Below, one piece after another: positions 36,640 to 46,528 of a DNA stretch of 59,116 bases. The translations under genes and the position numbers were made by a program. Position 1 is the stretch's first letter. Every line of letters begins with the position of its first letter. The stretch comes from an uncultured Candidatus Saccharibacteria bacterium. Its GTDB lineage: Bacteria; Patescibacteriota; Minisyncoccia; Phycocordibacterales; JAKFXT01. Where the stretch lies: assembly GCA_964443725.1 (NCBI GenBank), contig CAYUDP010000002.1:1-59116 (forward strand). Reading direction: 5' to 3'. A model generated the notes under the pieces. It worked only from the letters and a program-made list of their open reading frames with translations, had not been told where the DNA came from and did no database searches.

Positions 36640-37005
36640 ATGAAAGCCTTTTTAACAAATTATCGTCAATCACCAAGAAAGGTCCGTTTAATAGCGGATG
36701 CTATCAAGGGTAAGCCAGTAAATGAGGCTGAGGCCATACTAACTTTCATGGTAAAGCGTGGGGCAAATCCAATGAAGAAGATTCTCACTTCTGCTGTATC
36801 GAACGCTAAGGCAAACTTTGGCGTAGAGAAGGATCTTTTATTTGTTAAGAATGCAACAGTAGATAAGGGGGTTGTAATGAAAAGAGTTGAGAGAAGAGCA
36901 AGAGGATCTGCTAATATTATTCAAAAAAGATCAAGCCATATTGAGATAACTCTTGATACTTTAAAGGATGTTAAGGTAAAGAGAGCTTCAAAGAAAAGTA
37001 AATAA
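36640..37005 (+). CDS. rplV: 50S ribosomal protein L22
   Basis: YRQSPRKVRLIADAIKG. Confidence 0.93.
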   Translation: MKAFLTNYRQSPRKVRLIADAIKGKPVNEAEAILTFMVKRGANPMKKILTSAVSNAKANFGVEKDLLFVKNATVDKGVVMKRVERRARGSANIIQKRSSHIEITLDTLKDVKVKRASKKSK

Positions 37006-37010
37006 ATTTT

Positions 37011-37688
37011 ATGTCACACACCGTTCACCCATATTCACATAGACTAGGAATAATCAGGGATTGGAAATCCCGATGGTTTGGAGTTGATGGTCAATTCCAG
37101 AGATTTTTAAAGACAGATACATTGCTCAGGAGATATCTAGAGAAGAGATTGAGAGGTTTTTATGTCAGTGATGTCTTGATAGAAAGAGGGAGAAACTCAT
37201 ATAGATTGACTATAAAGACATCTCGCCCAGGTATGATTATTGGTCGCAATGGTGAGGGTGCTGAGAAATTGAGAAAGGATATAACAAAAGAGGCCAACAG
37301 ATTGAAGATAGACCTTCCAAAGGATTTTAAAATTGATGTAGAAGAAGTGAGGTCACCAGAATCAGACGCCCACATAGTTGCTTTTATGGTAGTTGAGGGA
37401 CTTGAGAAAAGAATGCCTTACAGGAGGGTTATGAAACAGACGCTTGAGAAAGTGATGGCAAACAGAGACGTAAAAGGAGTAAGGATTGTTATCTCAGGAA
37501 GATTAGGGGGTACAGATATTGCAAGAAGAGAGGAATTGAAAAAAGGTAGAATTCCACTTCAGACTTTCAGAGCAGATATTGATTTTTCAAGGGAAAGGGC
37601 TCATCTCCCATATGGAGATCTTGGAATAAAAGTCTGGATTTACCGCGGAGAGATATTTGAGCGTAAGGAAGATAAAAATAGAAATTAA
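37011..37688 (+). CDS. rpsC: 30S ribosomal protein S3
   Basis: HPYSHRLGIIRDWKSRWF and the KH domain GMIIGRNGEG. Confidence 0.95.
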   Translation: MSHTVHPYSHRLGIIRDWKSRWFGVDGQFQRFLKTDTLLRRYLEKRLRGFYVSDVLIERGRNSYRLTIKTSRPGMIIGRNGEGAEKLRKDITKEANRLKIDLPKDFKIDVEEVRSPESDAHIVAFMVVEGLEKRMPYRRVMKQTLEKVMANRDVKGVRIVISGRLGGTDIARREELKKGRIPLQTFRADIDFSRERAHLPYGDLGIKVWIYRGEIFERKEDKNRN

Positions 37689-37693
37689 AAAGT

Positions 37694-38119
37694 ATGTTGT
37701 TTCCAAAGAAAGTAAAATATCGAAAGTGGCAGACACTTCGTAATAATCCAAAGAAGAAAATGGTTGAAACCAGAGGTATTTCAGTTTCCTATGGTTCATA
37801 TGGTCTTAAGGCAACAACATCAGCTCGTGTTAGATCAAACCAGATAGAGAGTGCAAGAAAGGTTGTTTCCCGCTCAATCGGAAAGATTGGAAAGATGTGG
37901 ATAAGAATATTCCCAGATTTTCCATATACTGCAAAGCCGGCCGAAGTTGGTATGGGAAAGGGTAAAGGTGATCCACAGGGATATCAGTTTGAGGTAAAAC
38001 CAGGAAGAATCTTATTCGAGGTAGATGGTGTCACTGAAGCTGTTGCTCGTGAGGCTTTAAGAAAGGCCGGTGCAAAGCTTCCACTTAAGACGAAGTTTGT
38101 GACGAGAGAGGTTGCGTAG
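37694..38119 (+). CDS. rplP: 50S ribosomal protein L16
   Basis: MLFPKKVKYRKWQ...MGKGKGDP. Confidence 0.95.
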   Translation: MLFPKKVKYRKWQTLRNNPKKKMVETRGISVSYGSYGLKATTSARVRSNQIESARKVVSRSIGKIGKMWIRIFPDFPYTAKPAEVGMGKGKGDPQGYQFEVKPGRILFEVDGVTEAVAREALRKAGAKLPLKTKFVTREVA

Positions 38120-38149
38120 AGAGTAAATTAATGTAGAGTATCAAAGCTT

Positions 38150-38332
38150 ATGAAATCTAAAGAATTAATACAAAGAGAAATATCGGAACTGAAGGATCTT
38201 CTAGTAGAAAAGAAGAAGGCTTTGAACGATTTTAAATTGGGCTTCATCGGGAGTAAGACAAGAAATGTGAGAGAAGGTAGAGTTATAAAGAGGGATGTTG
38301 CGAGGATATTAACTGCAATCAATAGCAAGTAA
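38150..38332 (+). CDS. rpmC: 50S ribosomal protein L29
   Basis: 60 aa (LKDLLVEKKKALNDFKL) and operon position. Confidence 0.85.
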   Translation: MKSKELIQREISELKDLLVEKKKALNDFKLGFIGSKTRNVREGRVIKRDVARILTAINSK

Positions 38333-38342
38333 TTTAATAAAA

Positions 38343-38609
38343 ATGGAAAACAAGACTGAAAAAGTAATAAAAAAGATTGTTAGAAAGCTGACAGGGACTG
38401 TCGTTTCTGACAAAATGACTGACACTGTTGTTGTTGCTGTTTCTCGCTATGTAAAACACAAAAAATATCAAAAATTCCAGACATTGACCAAGAAGTTTAA
38501 GGTAGATGATAAAGGAAATACAGCAAAAATCGGAGACAAAGTCGTAATTGTTGAGTGCAAGCCTATTTCAAAGGATAAGCATTTCAAGTTAGATAAAATC
38601 GTTAAATAA
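38343..38609 (+). CDS. rpsQ: 30S ribosomal protein S17
   Basis: LTGTVVSDKMTDTVVVAV...GDKVVIVECKPISKDKHF. Confidence 0.93.
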   Translation: MENKTEKVIKKIVRKLTGTVVSDKMTDTVVVAVSRYVKHKKYQKFQTLTKKFKVDDKGNTAKIGDKVVIVECKPISKDKHFKLDKIVK

Positions 38610-38614
38610 ATTTT

Positions 38615-38986
38615 ATGATTCAACCAAGATCACTAGTAAAAATAGCGGATAACTCAGGAGCGAAGATTGGGCGCGTCTTTAAGGTTTTGGGTGGATCAAA
38701 GAAGAGGTATGCTCAGATAGGAGATATTGTCGTTCTGTCTGTTCAGACGGCTGAGCCAAGAAAACAAGTCAAAAAGAAAGATGTACTCCATGCCGTTGTC
38801 GTTCGCCAGAAGAACGCTTTGAGAAGAAAGGATGGATCATATGTTCGTTTTGATGAGAATGCAGTAGTTATATTGGATAAAGCAAAGAAAGAGCCAAGAG
38901 CAGGTCGCGTGTTCGGACCAATACCAAGAGAAATGTCGGAGCTTGGATATCAGAAGATTATTTCTTTGGCACCAGAGGTTGTTTAA
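38615..38986 (+). CDS. rplN: 50S ribosomal protein L14
   Basis: MIQPRSLVKIADNSGAK. Confidence 0.97.
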   Translation: MIQPRSLVKIADNSGAKIGRVFKVLGGSKKRYAQIGDIVVLSVQTAEPRKQVKKKDVLHAVVVRQKNALRRKDGSYVRFDENAVVILDKAKKEPRAGRVFGPIPREMSELGYQKIISLAPEVV

Positions 38987-38990
38987 TTTT

Positions 38991-39311
38991 ATGAATAAAA
39001 TGAAGTTGAGAAAGGGCGATACTGTCCTTGTTATAACAGGAAAAGATAAAGGCAAGCGTGGAGAAATTGCTAGGACTTTCCCATCCTTAAATCAAGTCTT
39101 GATTGAAGGAGTAAATATTTCAAAGAGACACAAAAAGGCCACAAGAGGTGGAAGTAAGGGTCAAATCATAGAGAAGGCTATGCCAATCAATGCTTCAAAT
39201 GTAATGATAATAGACCCAAAGACAGATAAACAGACGAGAATAACTATCAAGAGGGATGCAAATGGCCGTGTGAGAATCGCTAGAAAAAGTGGTGTAGCAA
39301 TCGAAAAATAA
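38991..39311 (+). CDS. rplX: 50S ribosomal protein L24
   Basis: KLRKGDTVLVITGKDKGKRGEI (KOW motif). I prefer the ATG at 38991 over the ORF-track start, which lies inside rplN. Confidence 0.9.
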   Translation: MNKMKLRKGDTVLVITGKDKGKRGEIARTFPSLNQVLIEGVNISKRHKKATRGGSKGQIIEKAMPINASNVMIIDPKTDKQTRITIKRDANGRVRIARKSGVAIEK

Positions 39312-39316
39312 ACATT

Positions 39317-39868
39317 ATGAAAGACAATATTCATACAGTTAAAGAATTAGAAAAAAACTCATTTGAATCCTTGAAGTCAGATTTTGGCTACAAGAATAAA
39401 ATGCAGTCGCCTCGTATAAAAAAGGTTGTCATATCTTCAGGTGTTGGATCATTCAAAGATAAGAAAAAGAATGAAATTGTTGAAAATAGGCTTTCAAAAA
39501 TTACAGGGCAGAAAGCTTCAAAGAGAGGAGCTAAGAAATCTATCGCAACTTTCAAGACAAGAATAGGAGATACAGTTGGATATCAAGTTACTCTTCGTGG
39601 GGCCAGAATGTACGCTTTTCTAGATAAACTTCTCAATGTTTCATTACCCAGAACAAAAGACTTCAGAGGTGTTGAGAGAAAAGCGGTTGACAGCATGGGT
39701 AATCTTACAATTGGCATCAAGGAACATACGATTTTTCCAGAAGTTTCTGATGAAGAATTGAAGGATGTTTTCGGTCTTGCGATTACAGTTGTTACAACTG
39801 CAAAGAGTAAGAAGGAGGCAGAGAAGTTTTTTGAGTTTATTAAAGTTCCTTTCAAAAAGGCGGCTTAA
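39317..39868 (+). CDS. rplE: 50S ribosomal protein L5
   Basis: SPRIKKVVISSGVG...GNLTIGIKEHTIFPE. Confidence 0.95.
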   Translation: MKDNIHTVKELEKNSFESLKSDFGYKNKMQSPRIKKVVISSGVGSFKDKKKNEIVENRLSKITGQKASKRGAKKSIATFKTRIGDTVGYQVTLRGARMYAFLDKLLNVSLPRTKDFRGVERKAVDSMGNLTIGIKEHTIFPEVSDEELKDVFGLAITVVTTAKSKKEAEKFFEFIKVPFKKAA

Positions 39869-39993
39869 GCTCCAAGTAGCCTTGCTTTACAAGAGGCTTT
39901 TCTCTTGTTAGCATAGCGGGGAGCTCAAATGAGAGCTTTTTTGTTTAGTTTTTGAACGAAGGTGTGGTTCACCAAACAACCAAATAAAAAATA

Positions 39994-40179
39994 ATGGCAA
40001 AAACATCAACAACAGTAAGAGCATTAAAAACCCCCAAGTTTTCAACTAGGGCTGTTAATCGCTGTTTTAGATGTGCAAGAAAAAGAGGTTATATGAGAGA
40101 TTTCGATCTCTGCAGAATATGCTTCCGCGAACTTGCTAACGAGGGAGTTATCCCAGGAATAAAAAAATCATCATGGTAG
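39994..40179 (+). CDS. rpsN: 30S ribosomal protein S14, zinc-binding type Z
   Basis: 61 aa with CFRC...CRIC. Confidence 0.93.
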   Translation: MAKTSTTVRALKTPKFSTRAVNRCFRCARKRGYMRDFDLCRICFRELANEGVIPGIKKSSW

Positions 40180-40565
40180 GAGACCCAATCGCAGACTTTA
40201 TAACAAGAATTCAGAATGCATCAATGGCAAGGCTTCCTTCTATTGTTGTGCCATTTTCAAATTTGAAAAATGAAATAGCTGAGAAATTGCTGAGTGAAGG
40301 GTTTGTTTCAAATGTAGAAAAGAAGGGAAAGAAAATTAAGAGGTATCTTGAAGTTACTTTGAAGTATTCAAACGATGAACCAGAAGTAAGGGGTGTGAGA
40401 AGAGTTTCAAAACTCGGTAAAAGAGTATACCTCAAGGTCAACGAGATAAAGCCAGTTAAGTTTGGTCATGGGATAATGGTCATATCGACCCCAAAGGGTA
40501 TCCTTACTGACAAAGAGGCAATAAAGGAAAATGTTGGAGGGGAGCCTCTTTTTGCAATCTGGTAA
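40173..40565 (+). CDS. rpsH: 30S ribosomal protein S8
   Basis: [13 protein letters not shown]...GILTDKEA. Confidence 0.95.
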   Translation: MVGDPIADFITRIQNASMARLPSIVVPFSNLKNEIAEKLLSEGFVSNVEKKGKKIKRYLEVTLKYSNDEPEVRGVRRVSKLGKRVYLKVNEIKPVKFGHGIMVISTPKGILTDKEAIKENVGGEPLFAIW

Positions 40566-40574
40566 TTTAAATAT

Positions 40575-41108
40575 ATGTCACGCTTAGGAAAACAACATCT
40601 AGTAATACCGGCAAACACAACTGTTTCAGTTGTGGGGGACAAAGTCACTGTAAAGGGGCCTCTTGGAGAACTTGTACGTGTTTTTCGTCCAGAAGTTTCA
40701 ATAATGGTTGAAGGTGATCATGTTAAGTTTGAGCCCACAAACAACTCTAAGTTTGCAAAATCATTATGGGGAACAGTTGCTTCCCATGTGGGAAATATGA
40801 TCGATGGAGTTAATAATCCCTTCGTTAAAGAATTGCTAGTTGAAGGGGTTGGATTCAAGTCTGAGGTTTCAGGGAATGAACTTGTTATGAGCTTGGGATT
40901 TTCACATCAAGTAAGGCTACCTATCCCTAGTACCCTTAAAGTGACGGCTGAGAAAAATGTTATTACAATATCTGGAAACAATATTGAGGATGTAGGACAG
41001 TTCGCTGCCTTTGTGAGAAAGCACAAGAAACCAGAACCTTATAAAGGTAAGGGTATTCGTTATCGAAATGAGGTAATCAGAAGGAAAGAGGGTAAGAAGT
41101 CAGCATAA
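40575..41108 (+). CDS. rplF: 50S ribosomal protein L6
   Basis: [17 protein letters not shown]...[11 protein letters not shown]. Confidence 0.95.
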   Translation: MSRLGKQHLVIPANTTVSVVGDKVTVKGPLGELVRVFRPEVSIMVEGDHVKFEPTNNSKFAKSLWGTVASHVGNMIDGVNNPFVKELLVEGVGFKSEVSGNELVMSLGFSHQVRLPIPSTLKVTAEKNVITISGNNIEDVGQFAAFVRKHKKPEPYKGKGIRYRNEVIRRKEGKKSA

Positions 41109-41113
41109 AAAGT

Positions 41114-41476
41114 ATGGCTAATATAAAGACACAAAATAATAAAAAAACAGAAGGAAGACTAAGAAGACATGCTCGTGTGAGGTCAAAGATTTTTGGTACT
41201 GAAGAAAGACCAAGACTCGCTGTTTTCAAATCCAACAAGTTTATTTATGTTCAAGCGATTGATGACAATCTCGGTAAGACCATTGCTTCAGCATCTTCAC
41301 TTAAGATAAAAAGCGGTACCATGATGGAGAAGGCTTTAAAGGTTGGTGAGGAAGTAGGAAAGGCCCTAAAGACAAAAGGAGTAAGTAAGGTTATCTTTGA
41401 TCGAGGGGGGTTCCTATATGCTGGTCACGTAAAGGCTCTTGCTGAAGGTGCTAGAGGTACCGGATTAGAATTTTAA
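41114..41476 (+). CDS. rplR: 50S ribosomal protein L18
   Basis: [19 protein letters not shown]...[20 protein letters not shown]. Confidence 0.95.
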   Translation: MANIKTQNNKKTEGRLRRHARVRSKIFGTEERPRLAVFKSNKFIYVQAIDDNLGKTIASASSLKIKSGTMMEKALKVGEEVGKALKTKGVSKVIFDRGGFLYAGHVKALAEGARGTGLEF

Positions 41477-41480
41477 TAAT

Positions 41481-42113
41481 ATGGATGAAGAAAAGGTAAC
41501 AAATGAATCGACAATAGAAGAGACAGTGGTCACACCGGCTGTTCTTTCAGACGTGGTTGAAGAAACTGCAGAAGTTTCTCTTGGTAAAAGAAAATTTACT
41601 GGTAGGAGGGATGGAGACAGAAAGAAAAATACACGCAGGATGCCAAGGAAAGATGACAGAATAAAACCAGAATTTGATCAAAAGATAATAGGCATCAGAA
41701 GAGTGACACGTGTTGTGGCAGGTGGTCGCAGGATGAGTTTTTCAGTTGCGGTTGTTGCAGGAAATAGAAAAGGCAAGGTAGGAGTTGGGGTTGGTAAGGC
41801 TGTTGATACTGCTCTTGCAATAGACAAAGCCTTTAGAGACGCAAAGAGAAATATGGTTGTAGTTAAGTCTACAAAGACCAATTCTATACCTCACGATGTT
41901 GAGTCAAAGTATTCAGCTTCAAGAGTTCTGCTTATACCTGCAAAGGGTAGAGGTATTGTTGCTGGAGGTTCTGTAAGAACAGTAGTCGAACTTGCTGGTT
42001 TGACTGATATTTCAGGTAAGCTACTTTCTCGAAGTAAGAATGGAATAAACAATGCTCGTGCTGCTGTCAAAGCTCTATCATCACTAAGACCTAGAAAGAC
42101 GGTAGTAAAATAA
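41481..42113 (+). CDS. rpsE: 30S ribosomal protein S5 (about 65-aa N-terminal extension)
   Basis: IRRVTRVVAGGRRMSFSVAVVAGNRKGKVGVGVGKA core. Confidence 0.95.
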   Translation: MDEEKVTNESTIEETVVTPAVLSDVVEETAEVSLGKRKFTGRRDGDRKKNTRRMPRKDDRIKPEFDQKIIGIRRVTRVVAGGRRMSFSVAVVAGNRKGKVGVGVGKAVDTALAIDKAFRDAKRNMVVVKSTKTNSIPHDVESKYSASRVLLIPAKGRGIVAGGSVRTVVELAGLTDISGKLLSRSKNGINNARAAVKALSSLRPRKTVVK

Positions 42114-42117
42114 AAAT

Positions 42118-42561
42118 ATGCAGATACACAACCTAAAAAGAAATACAAAGAACAAGAAGACTCCTCGTGTCGGACGTGGTGGAAAGCGTGGTAAAACTTC
42201 AGGACGTGGTACAAAAGGACAGCTTGCAAGATCAGGAAGGAAACTTCGTCCAGAATTACGTGATATTATAAAAAAGCTTCCAAAATTGAGAGGGCGCGGT
42301 AAGAATTATTTGAAATCAGTAAAGAAAGATGCTGTTGCTGTAAATGTTTCTATACTTGAAAAGGCTTTTACTTCAGGAGATGAAGTTAATCCAAAGATTC
42401 TTCTTGAAAAGGGAGTTATAAAAATGCCGAAAGGCGAGAGACTTCCTATAAAGATTCTTGCCACAGGAGAGATTACAAAGAAACTTACAGTTTCTGGATG
42501 TAGAGTCTCAGAAAGTGCTAAGGAAAAGATTGAGAAAGCTGGCGGAGTTGTGTCTGCTTAA
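42118..42561 (+). CDS. rplO: 50S ribosomal protein L15
   Basis: RVGRGGKRGKTSGRGTKGQ. It starts 4 nt after the rpsE stop, leaving no room for rpmD. Confidence 0.95.
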   Translation: MQIHNLKRNTKNKKTPRVGRGGKRGKTSGRGTKGQLARSGRKLRPELRDIIKKLPKLRGRGKNYLKSVKKDAVAVNVSILEKAFTSGDEVNPKILLEKGVIKMPKGERLPIKILATGEITKKLTVSGCRVSESAKEKIEKAGGVVSA

Positions 42562-42570
42562 TTTGAAAAT

Positions 42571-43842
42571 ATGCAAAAATTTGTGGAAAAAATAGTCCTT
42601 GCTCTAAGGGACCCTATGTTGCGCGCAAGAATAATTTTTGTCTTTGCGGGTTTGGCAATATTTAGAATGATGGCTGCTATTCCTGTACCAGGGGCTAATG
42701 CAGAGAAGTTAAAACAATTTTTTGAAAGTAATCAACTTTTAGGTCTATTAAATGTTTTCTCTGGTGGTGGTTTTTCCAATTTGTCTATTGTGATGCTTGG
42801 GGTTGGGCCTTTTATTACCGCTTCTATCATAATGCAACTTATGATGATGCTTGCTCCAAAACTCAAGAGTTTGTATCAGGAAGAAGGTGAAGCGGGAAGA
42901 CAGAGATTTGGTCAATATACAAGAATGTTGACATTGCCCCTTGCTGTAATACAGGGAGCTGGGTTTCTTATTCTTCTTGAAAGACAAGGTATTGTAAATC
43001 ATTTGTCCCCATTTCAATTTTCACTTAACCTAATCATAATTGCAGCTGGTGCTCTTCTTGTTATGTGGTTGGGAGAGTTGATAACAGAGTTTGGTATCGG
43101 TAATGGTGCTTCACTTATAATCTTTGCTGGTATAGTTGCAGCTATTCCAACTAAGATTGCCCAATATCTATATGGTTTTGATCAGACACAAATACCTATT
43201 CTTGTGGGATTTATTGCTCTCGCGGTTGTTGTTATATCTGCCGTTGTTACTATCACAGAAGCTGAAAGGCCAATCCCAATAACTTATGCAAAACAGGTAA
43301 GGGGGAATACTGTAAAGGGTGGTATTTCAACCTATTTGCCACTTAGGATGACTCAGGCGGGTGTTATACCGATAATCTTTGCTATATCTATTCTTCTTTT
43401 CCCAACGATGCTTTTCAATCTATTGTCATATTTTGGAAACGATACCGTCAATAATATCGGCAAGATGGTCAATGGGTATCTAACTAATAACTGGATCTAT
43501 GGATCTCTATACGCAGTCTTGGTTTTTTTCTTTACTTATTTCTATACAGCAGTTATTTTCGATCCAGAATCAATCGCAAATAATCTCCAGAAGGGTGGAG
43601 CTTTCATTCCAGGGGTACGTCCAGGAATGTCTACTGCTGAATATATAAGCAATATATTGATGCGTATAACTCTCGTTGGAGCTTTCTTCCTTGCTATGAT
43701 TGCTGTTCTCCCAATAATAGTTAAAGCATTAACCAATGTTCAGTCTCTTGTTATTGGCGGAACTGCACTTCTCATTGCTGTTTCAGTGGTACTTGATCTC
43801 ATAAGAAAGATTGATGCTCAGGTGTCAATGAGGGAATACTAA
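42571..43842 (+). CDS. secY: preprotein translocase subunit SecY
   Basis: Ten-TM protein with FSGGGFSNLSIVMLGVGPFITASIIMQL and GELITEFGIGNGASLIIFAGI. Confidence 0.97.
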   Translation: MQKFVEKIVLALRDPMLRARIIFVFAGLAIFRMMAAIPVPGANAEKLKQFFESNQLLGLLNVFSGGGFSNLSIVMLGVGPFITASIIMQLMMMLAPKLKSLYQEEGEAGRQRFGQYTRMLTLPLAVIQGAGFLILLERQGIVNHLSPFQFSLNLIIIAAGALLVMWLGELITEFGIGNGASLIIFAGIVAAIPTKIAQYLYGFDQTQIPILVGFIALAVVVISAVVTITEAERPIPITYAKQVRGNTVKGGISTYLPLRMTQAGVIPIIFAISILLFPTMLFNLLSYFGNDTVNNIGKMVNGYLTNNWIYGSLYAVLVFFFTYFYTAVIFDPESIANNLQKGGAFIPGVRPGMSTAEYISNILMRITLVGAFFLAMIAVLPIIVKALTNVQSLVIGGTALLIAVSVVLDLIRKIDAQVSMREY

Positions 43843-43847
43843 GAAAC

Positions 43848-43890
43848 AAAAAACAAAAATTCCACCCACAAGGTGGAATTTTTGTTTTTT
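43848..43890 (+). terminator. hairpin plus T-run after secY
   Basis: AAACAAAAATTCCACC pairs with GGTGGAATTTTTGTTT, followed by TTTT. Confidence 0.7.
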
Positions 43891-43984
43891 CTAGTCACAA
43901 TCATTACTTTTCAACTCTAAATTTGCGATTTGCAAATAAGTTGCATGATATACTATTTGTGAAAGCAGATTGCTTTTGTTCGTA

Positions 43985-45202
43985 ATGAAAGCGAAGGTTT
44001 TAATGTTTGGTTGGGAATTTCCCCCGCACAATAGTGGTGGGCTTGGTACTGCATGCTTAGGACTCACGCGCGCAATGTCTCAAGAAGGGGTAGACATTAC
44101 TTTTGTCTTGCCCAAAAAAGTCCCGGTGTCATCAGATTTTATTAAGATAAAGTTTGCAGGATTAGAAAAAGTAAATTTCAAAACGGTAAATTCTATTTTG
44201 TCTCCATATCTAACGAGCGAAACCTACGGGGCACTTCGAGATAGGGTGGGTGGGGATTTGTATGGCAATACTTTAATGGAGGAGGTTTTGCGTTATTCTG
44301 AACTTGCAAAAGATATTGCTTTAAATACAGACCATGATGTCATATATGCACATGACTGGTTGTGTTTTGGGGCTGGCATGGCAGCTAAGAAGGTCTCTGG
44401 TAAACCACTTATTGTTCAAGTTCATGCTACGGAGTTTGATAGATGTGGAGGAGAAAATGGTATAAATCGGCAAGTCTATGAGATGGAGAAGATGGGGATG
44501 AAAGAGGCTGACCATATTGTTGCCGTTTCCAATCTAACTAGGAATATAATCATCAAGCATTATGGTATTTCTCCAGAAAAGGTTTCTGTAGTGCACAATG
44601 GTATAGATGAATCAACAGCTCCAAGTGGGGGTGGAGAAGGAAAATTGCTCGCAATAAAAAAAGCTGGCTACAAGATAGTTTTGTTTCTAGGAAGAATAAC
44701 TTTACAGAAGGGTCCAGATTATTTTCTGAAAACAGCAAAGAAAGTCCTTGAGTATAACCCAAAGGTTATGTTTGTCATGTCCGGCTCGGGTGATATGGAG
44801 AGAAAAATGATGGAAGAGGCTGCGAAGTTGAATATCGCTGACAAGGTTTTGTTTACAGGGTTTCTTCGTGGCAAGGAACAACATGATGCTTACAGTATGG
44901 CAGATTTGTTCGTTATGCCTTCGGTTTCCGAACCTTTCGGGATTACTCCTCTTGAGGCTATGCAGGTTGGTACACCTGTTTTGATATCAAGACAGTCAGG
45001 AGTTTCTGAGGTCGTAAAACACGCTCTTAAGACTGACTTCTGGGATGTTGACGATATGACTGACAAGATTTTATCAGTTGTTGGCCACGAAGCTCTTAAA
45101 AAATCACTATCTCACAACGCAAAAAGGGAAGTTTCTGGAATAACTTGGAAAAAAGCCGCAGAGAAAGTTATAGGCATAATAAGAAAATTCTTTCATTTTT
45201 AG
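43985..45202 (+). CDS. glycogen-synthase-like glycosyltransferase (GT4/GT5 fold)
   Basis: FGWEFPPHNSGGLGTACLGLTRAM N-terminus and the C-terminal SEPFGITPLEAMQVGTPV motif. I prefer the ATG at 43985. Confidence 0.8.
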   Translation: MKAKVLMFGWEFPPHNSGGLGTACLGLTRAMSQEGVDITFVLPKKVPVSSDFIKIKFAGLEKVNFKTVNSILSPYLTSETYGALRDRVGGDLYGNTLMEEVLRYSELAKDIALNTDHDVIYAHDWLCFGAGMAAKKVSGKPLIVQVHATEFDRCGGENGINRQVYEMEKMGMKEADHIVAVSNLTRNIIIKHYGISPEKVSVVHNGIDESTAPSGGGEGKLLAIKKAGYKIVLFLGRITLQKGPDYFLKTAKKVLEYNPKVMFVMSGSGDMERKMMEEAAKLNIADKVLFTGFLRGKEQHDAYSMADLFVMPSVSEPFGITPLEAMQVGTPVLISRQSGVSEVVKHALKTDFWDVDDMTDKILSVVGHEALKKSLSHNAKREVSGITWKKAAEKVIGIIRKFFHF

Positions 45203-45245
45203 TAAAGATTTCGGTTAATAAAGATATGGTACAATAGTCTAACTT

Positions 45246-46448
45246 ATGCCATCTCTTTGCTTCTATTTCCAAGTTCATCAGCCATATAGGGTAAGAAAGT
45301 TTAGGGTTTTTGATATTGGGGCAGGCTCACCATATTTTGAGGAGGAATCAAATACTGATTTAAATAACAAAAAAGTTCTACTTAAAGTTGCGGACAAGTC
45401 ATATCGTCCAGCCACTAAGGTTTTAATCGATCTTCTGAAGAAATATCCTGAATTTAAGGCCAGTTTTTCTTTCTCTGGGGTTGCTCTAGAGCAGATGCAG
45501 AAGTGGGCACCAGATGTGATTTCTCTTTTCAAAGAAGCTATAGATACTGGCAGGGTGGAAGTTTTGTCTGAAACATATCATCACTCCCTCTCTTTTTTCT
45601 ATTCAAAGGATGAATTTGAGAAGCAAGTAAAAATGCACAAGGATTTGGTAAAGAGATTGTTTAATGTCACACCAAAAGTCTTTAGAAACACAGAACTATC
45701 GTATAGGAACGATTTGGGTGAGTGGGCTGAGAGGAGTGGGTATAAGGGTATTATTGCCGAGGGCTGGGACCCATTTTTGGGGTGGAGGAGTCCGAATTTT
45801 GTATACAGGCCTAAAGGTACAAAGAAGATAGCCTTACTTTTAAAAAATTATAAACTATCAGATGATGTGGCTTTCAGGTTTTCTTCGAAGAGTTGGGCGG
45901 AGTGGCCACTTACAGCAGAAAAGTTTGGCCAGTGGTTCTCCTCTATAAATGGAAATGGAGAAACAGTTAATCTTTTTATGGACTATGAGACTTTTGGGGA
46001 GCATCAATGGGAAGATACTGGAATATTTGAATTTTTGAAGAAACTGCCAGAGGAAATCTTAAAACATAAGGACAATAACTTCAAAACTCCATCGGAGGTC
46101 ATTGAAAGTTATGATAAACGAGATGAGGTGGATATGCCGAGTATTGTGACATGGGCTGATACTGATAGGGATTTAACTGCTTGGGTTGGGAATGATATGC
46201 AAAGGGCGGCAATAGAAAACATTTATGCACTGGAGAACAAAGTTATGAATACAGGCGACAAAAAATTGATAGATGATTGGCGCAAGCTCCTAACTTCTGA
46301 TCACTTCTATTATATGTGTACAAAATGGTTTGCTGACGGAGACGTGCATGCTTATTTTTCTCCGTATGAGTCTCCATATGAAGCCTTTATTACATACATG
46401 AATGCAGTTAACGACTTGAAGATTCGTATTCACAACTCTCTTGCTTAG
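45246..46448 (+). CDS. glycoside hydrolase family 57 (alpha-amylase-like)
   Basis: CFYFQVHQPYR, FRNTELSY and MDYETFGEHQW regions are typical of GH57. Confidence 0.85.
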   Translation: MPSLCFYFQVHQPYRVRKFRVFDIGAGSPYFEEESNTDLNNKKVLLKVADKSYRPATKVLIDLLKKYPEFKASFSFSGVALEQMQKWAPDVISLFKEAIDTGRVEVLSETYHHSLSFFYSKDEFEKQVKMHKDLVKRLFNVTPKVFRNTELSYRNDLGEWAERSGYKGIIAEGWDPFLGWRSPNFVYRPKGTKKIALLLKNYKLSDDVAFRFSSKSWAEWPLTAEKFGQWFSSINGNGETVNLFMDYETFGEHQWEDTGIFEFLKKLPEEILKHKDNNFKTPSEVIESYDKRDEVDMPSIVTWADTDRDLTAWVGNDMQRAAIENIYALENKVMNTGDKKLIDDWRKLLTSDHFYYMCTKWFADGDVHAYFSPYESPYEAFITYMNAVNDLKIRIHNSLA

Positions 46449-46528
46449 AGTAATACACATTTTTATAAATATACTTTGATTATATTTTGCTATAATTCAA
46501 AGTGTCTTATTACCAGTTAATTTTTTTT

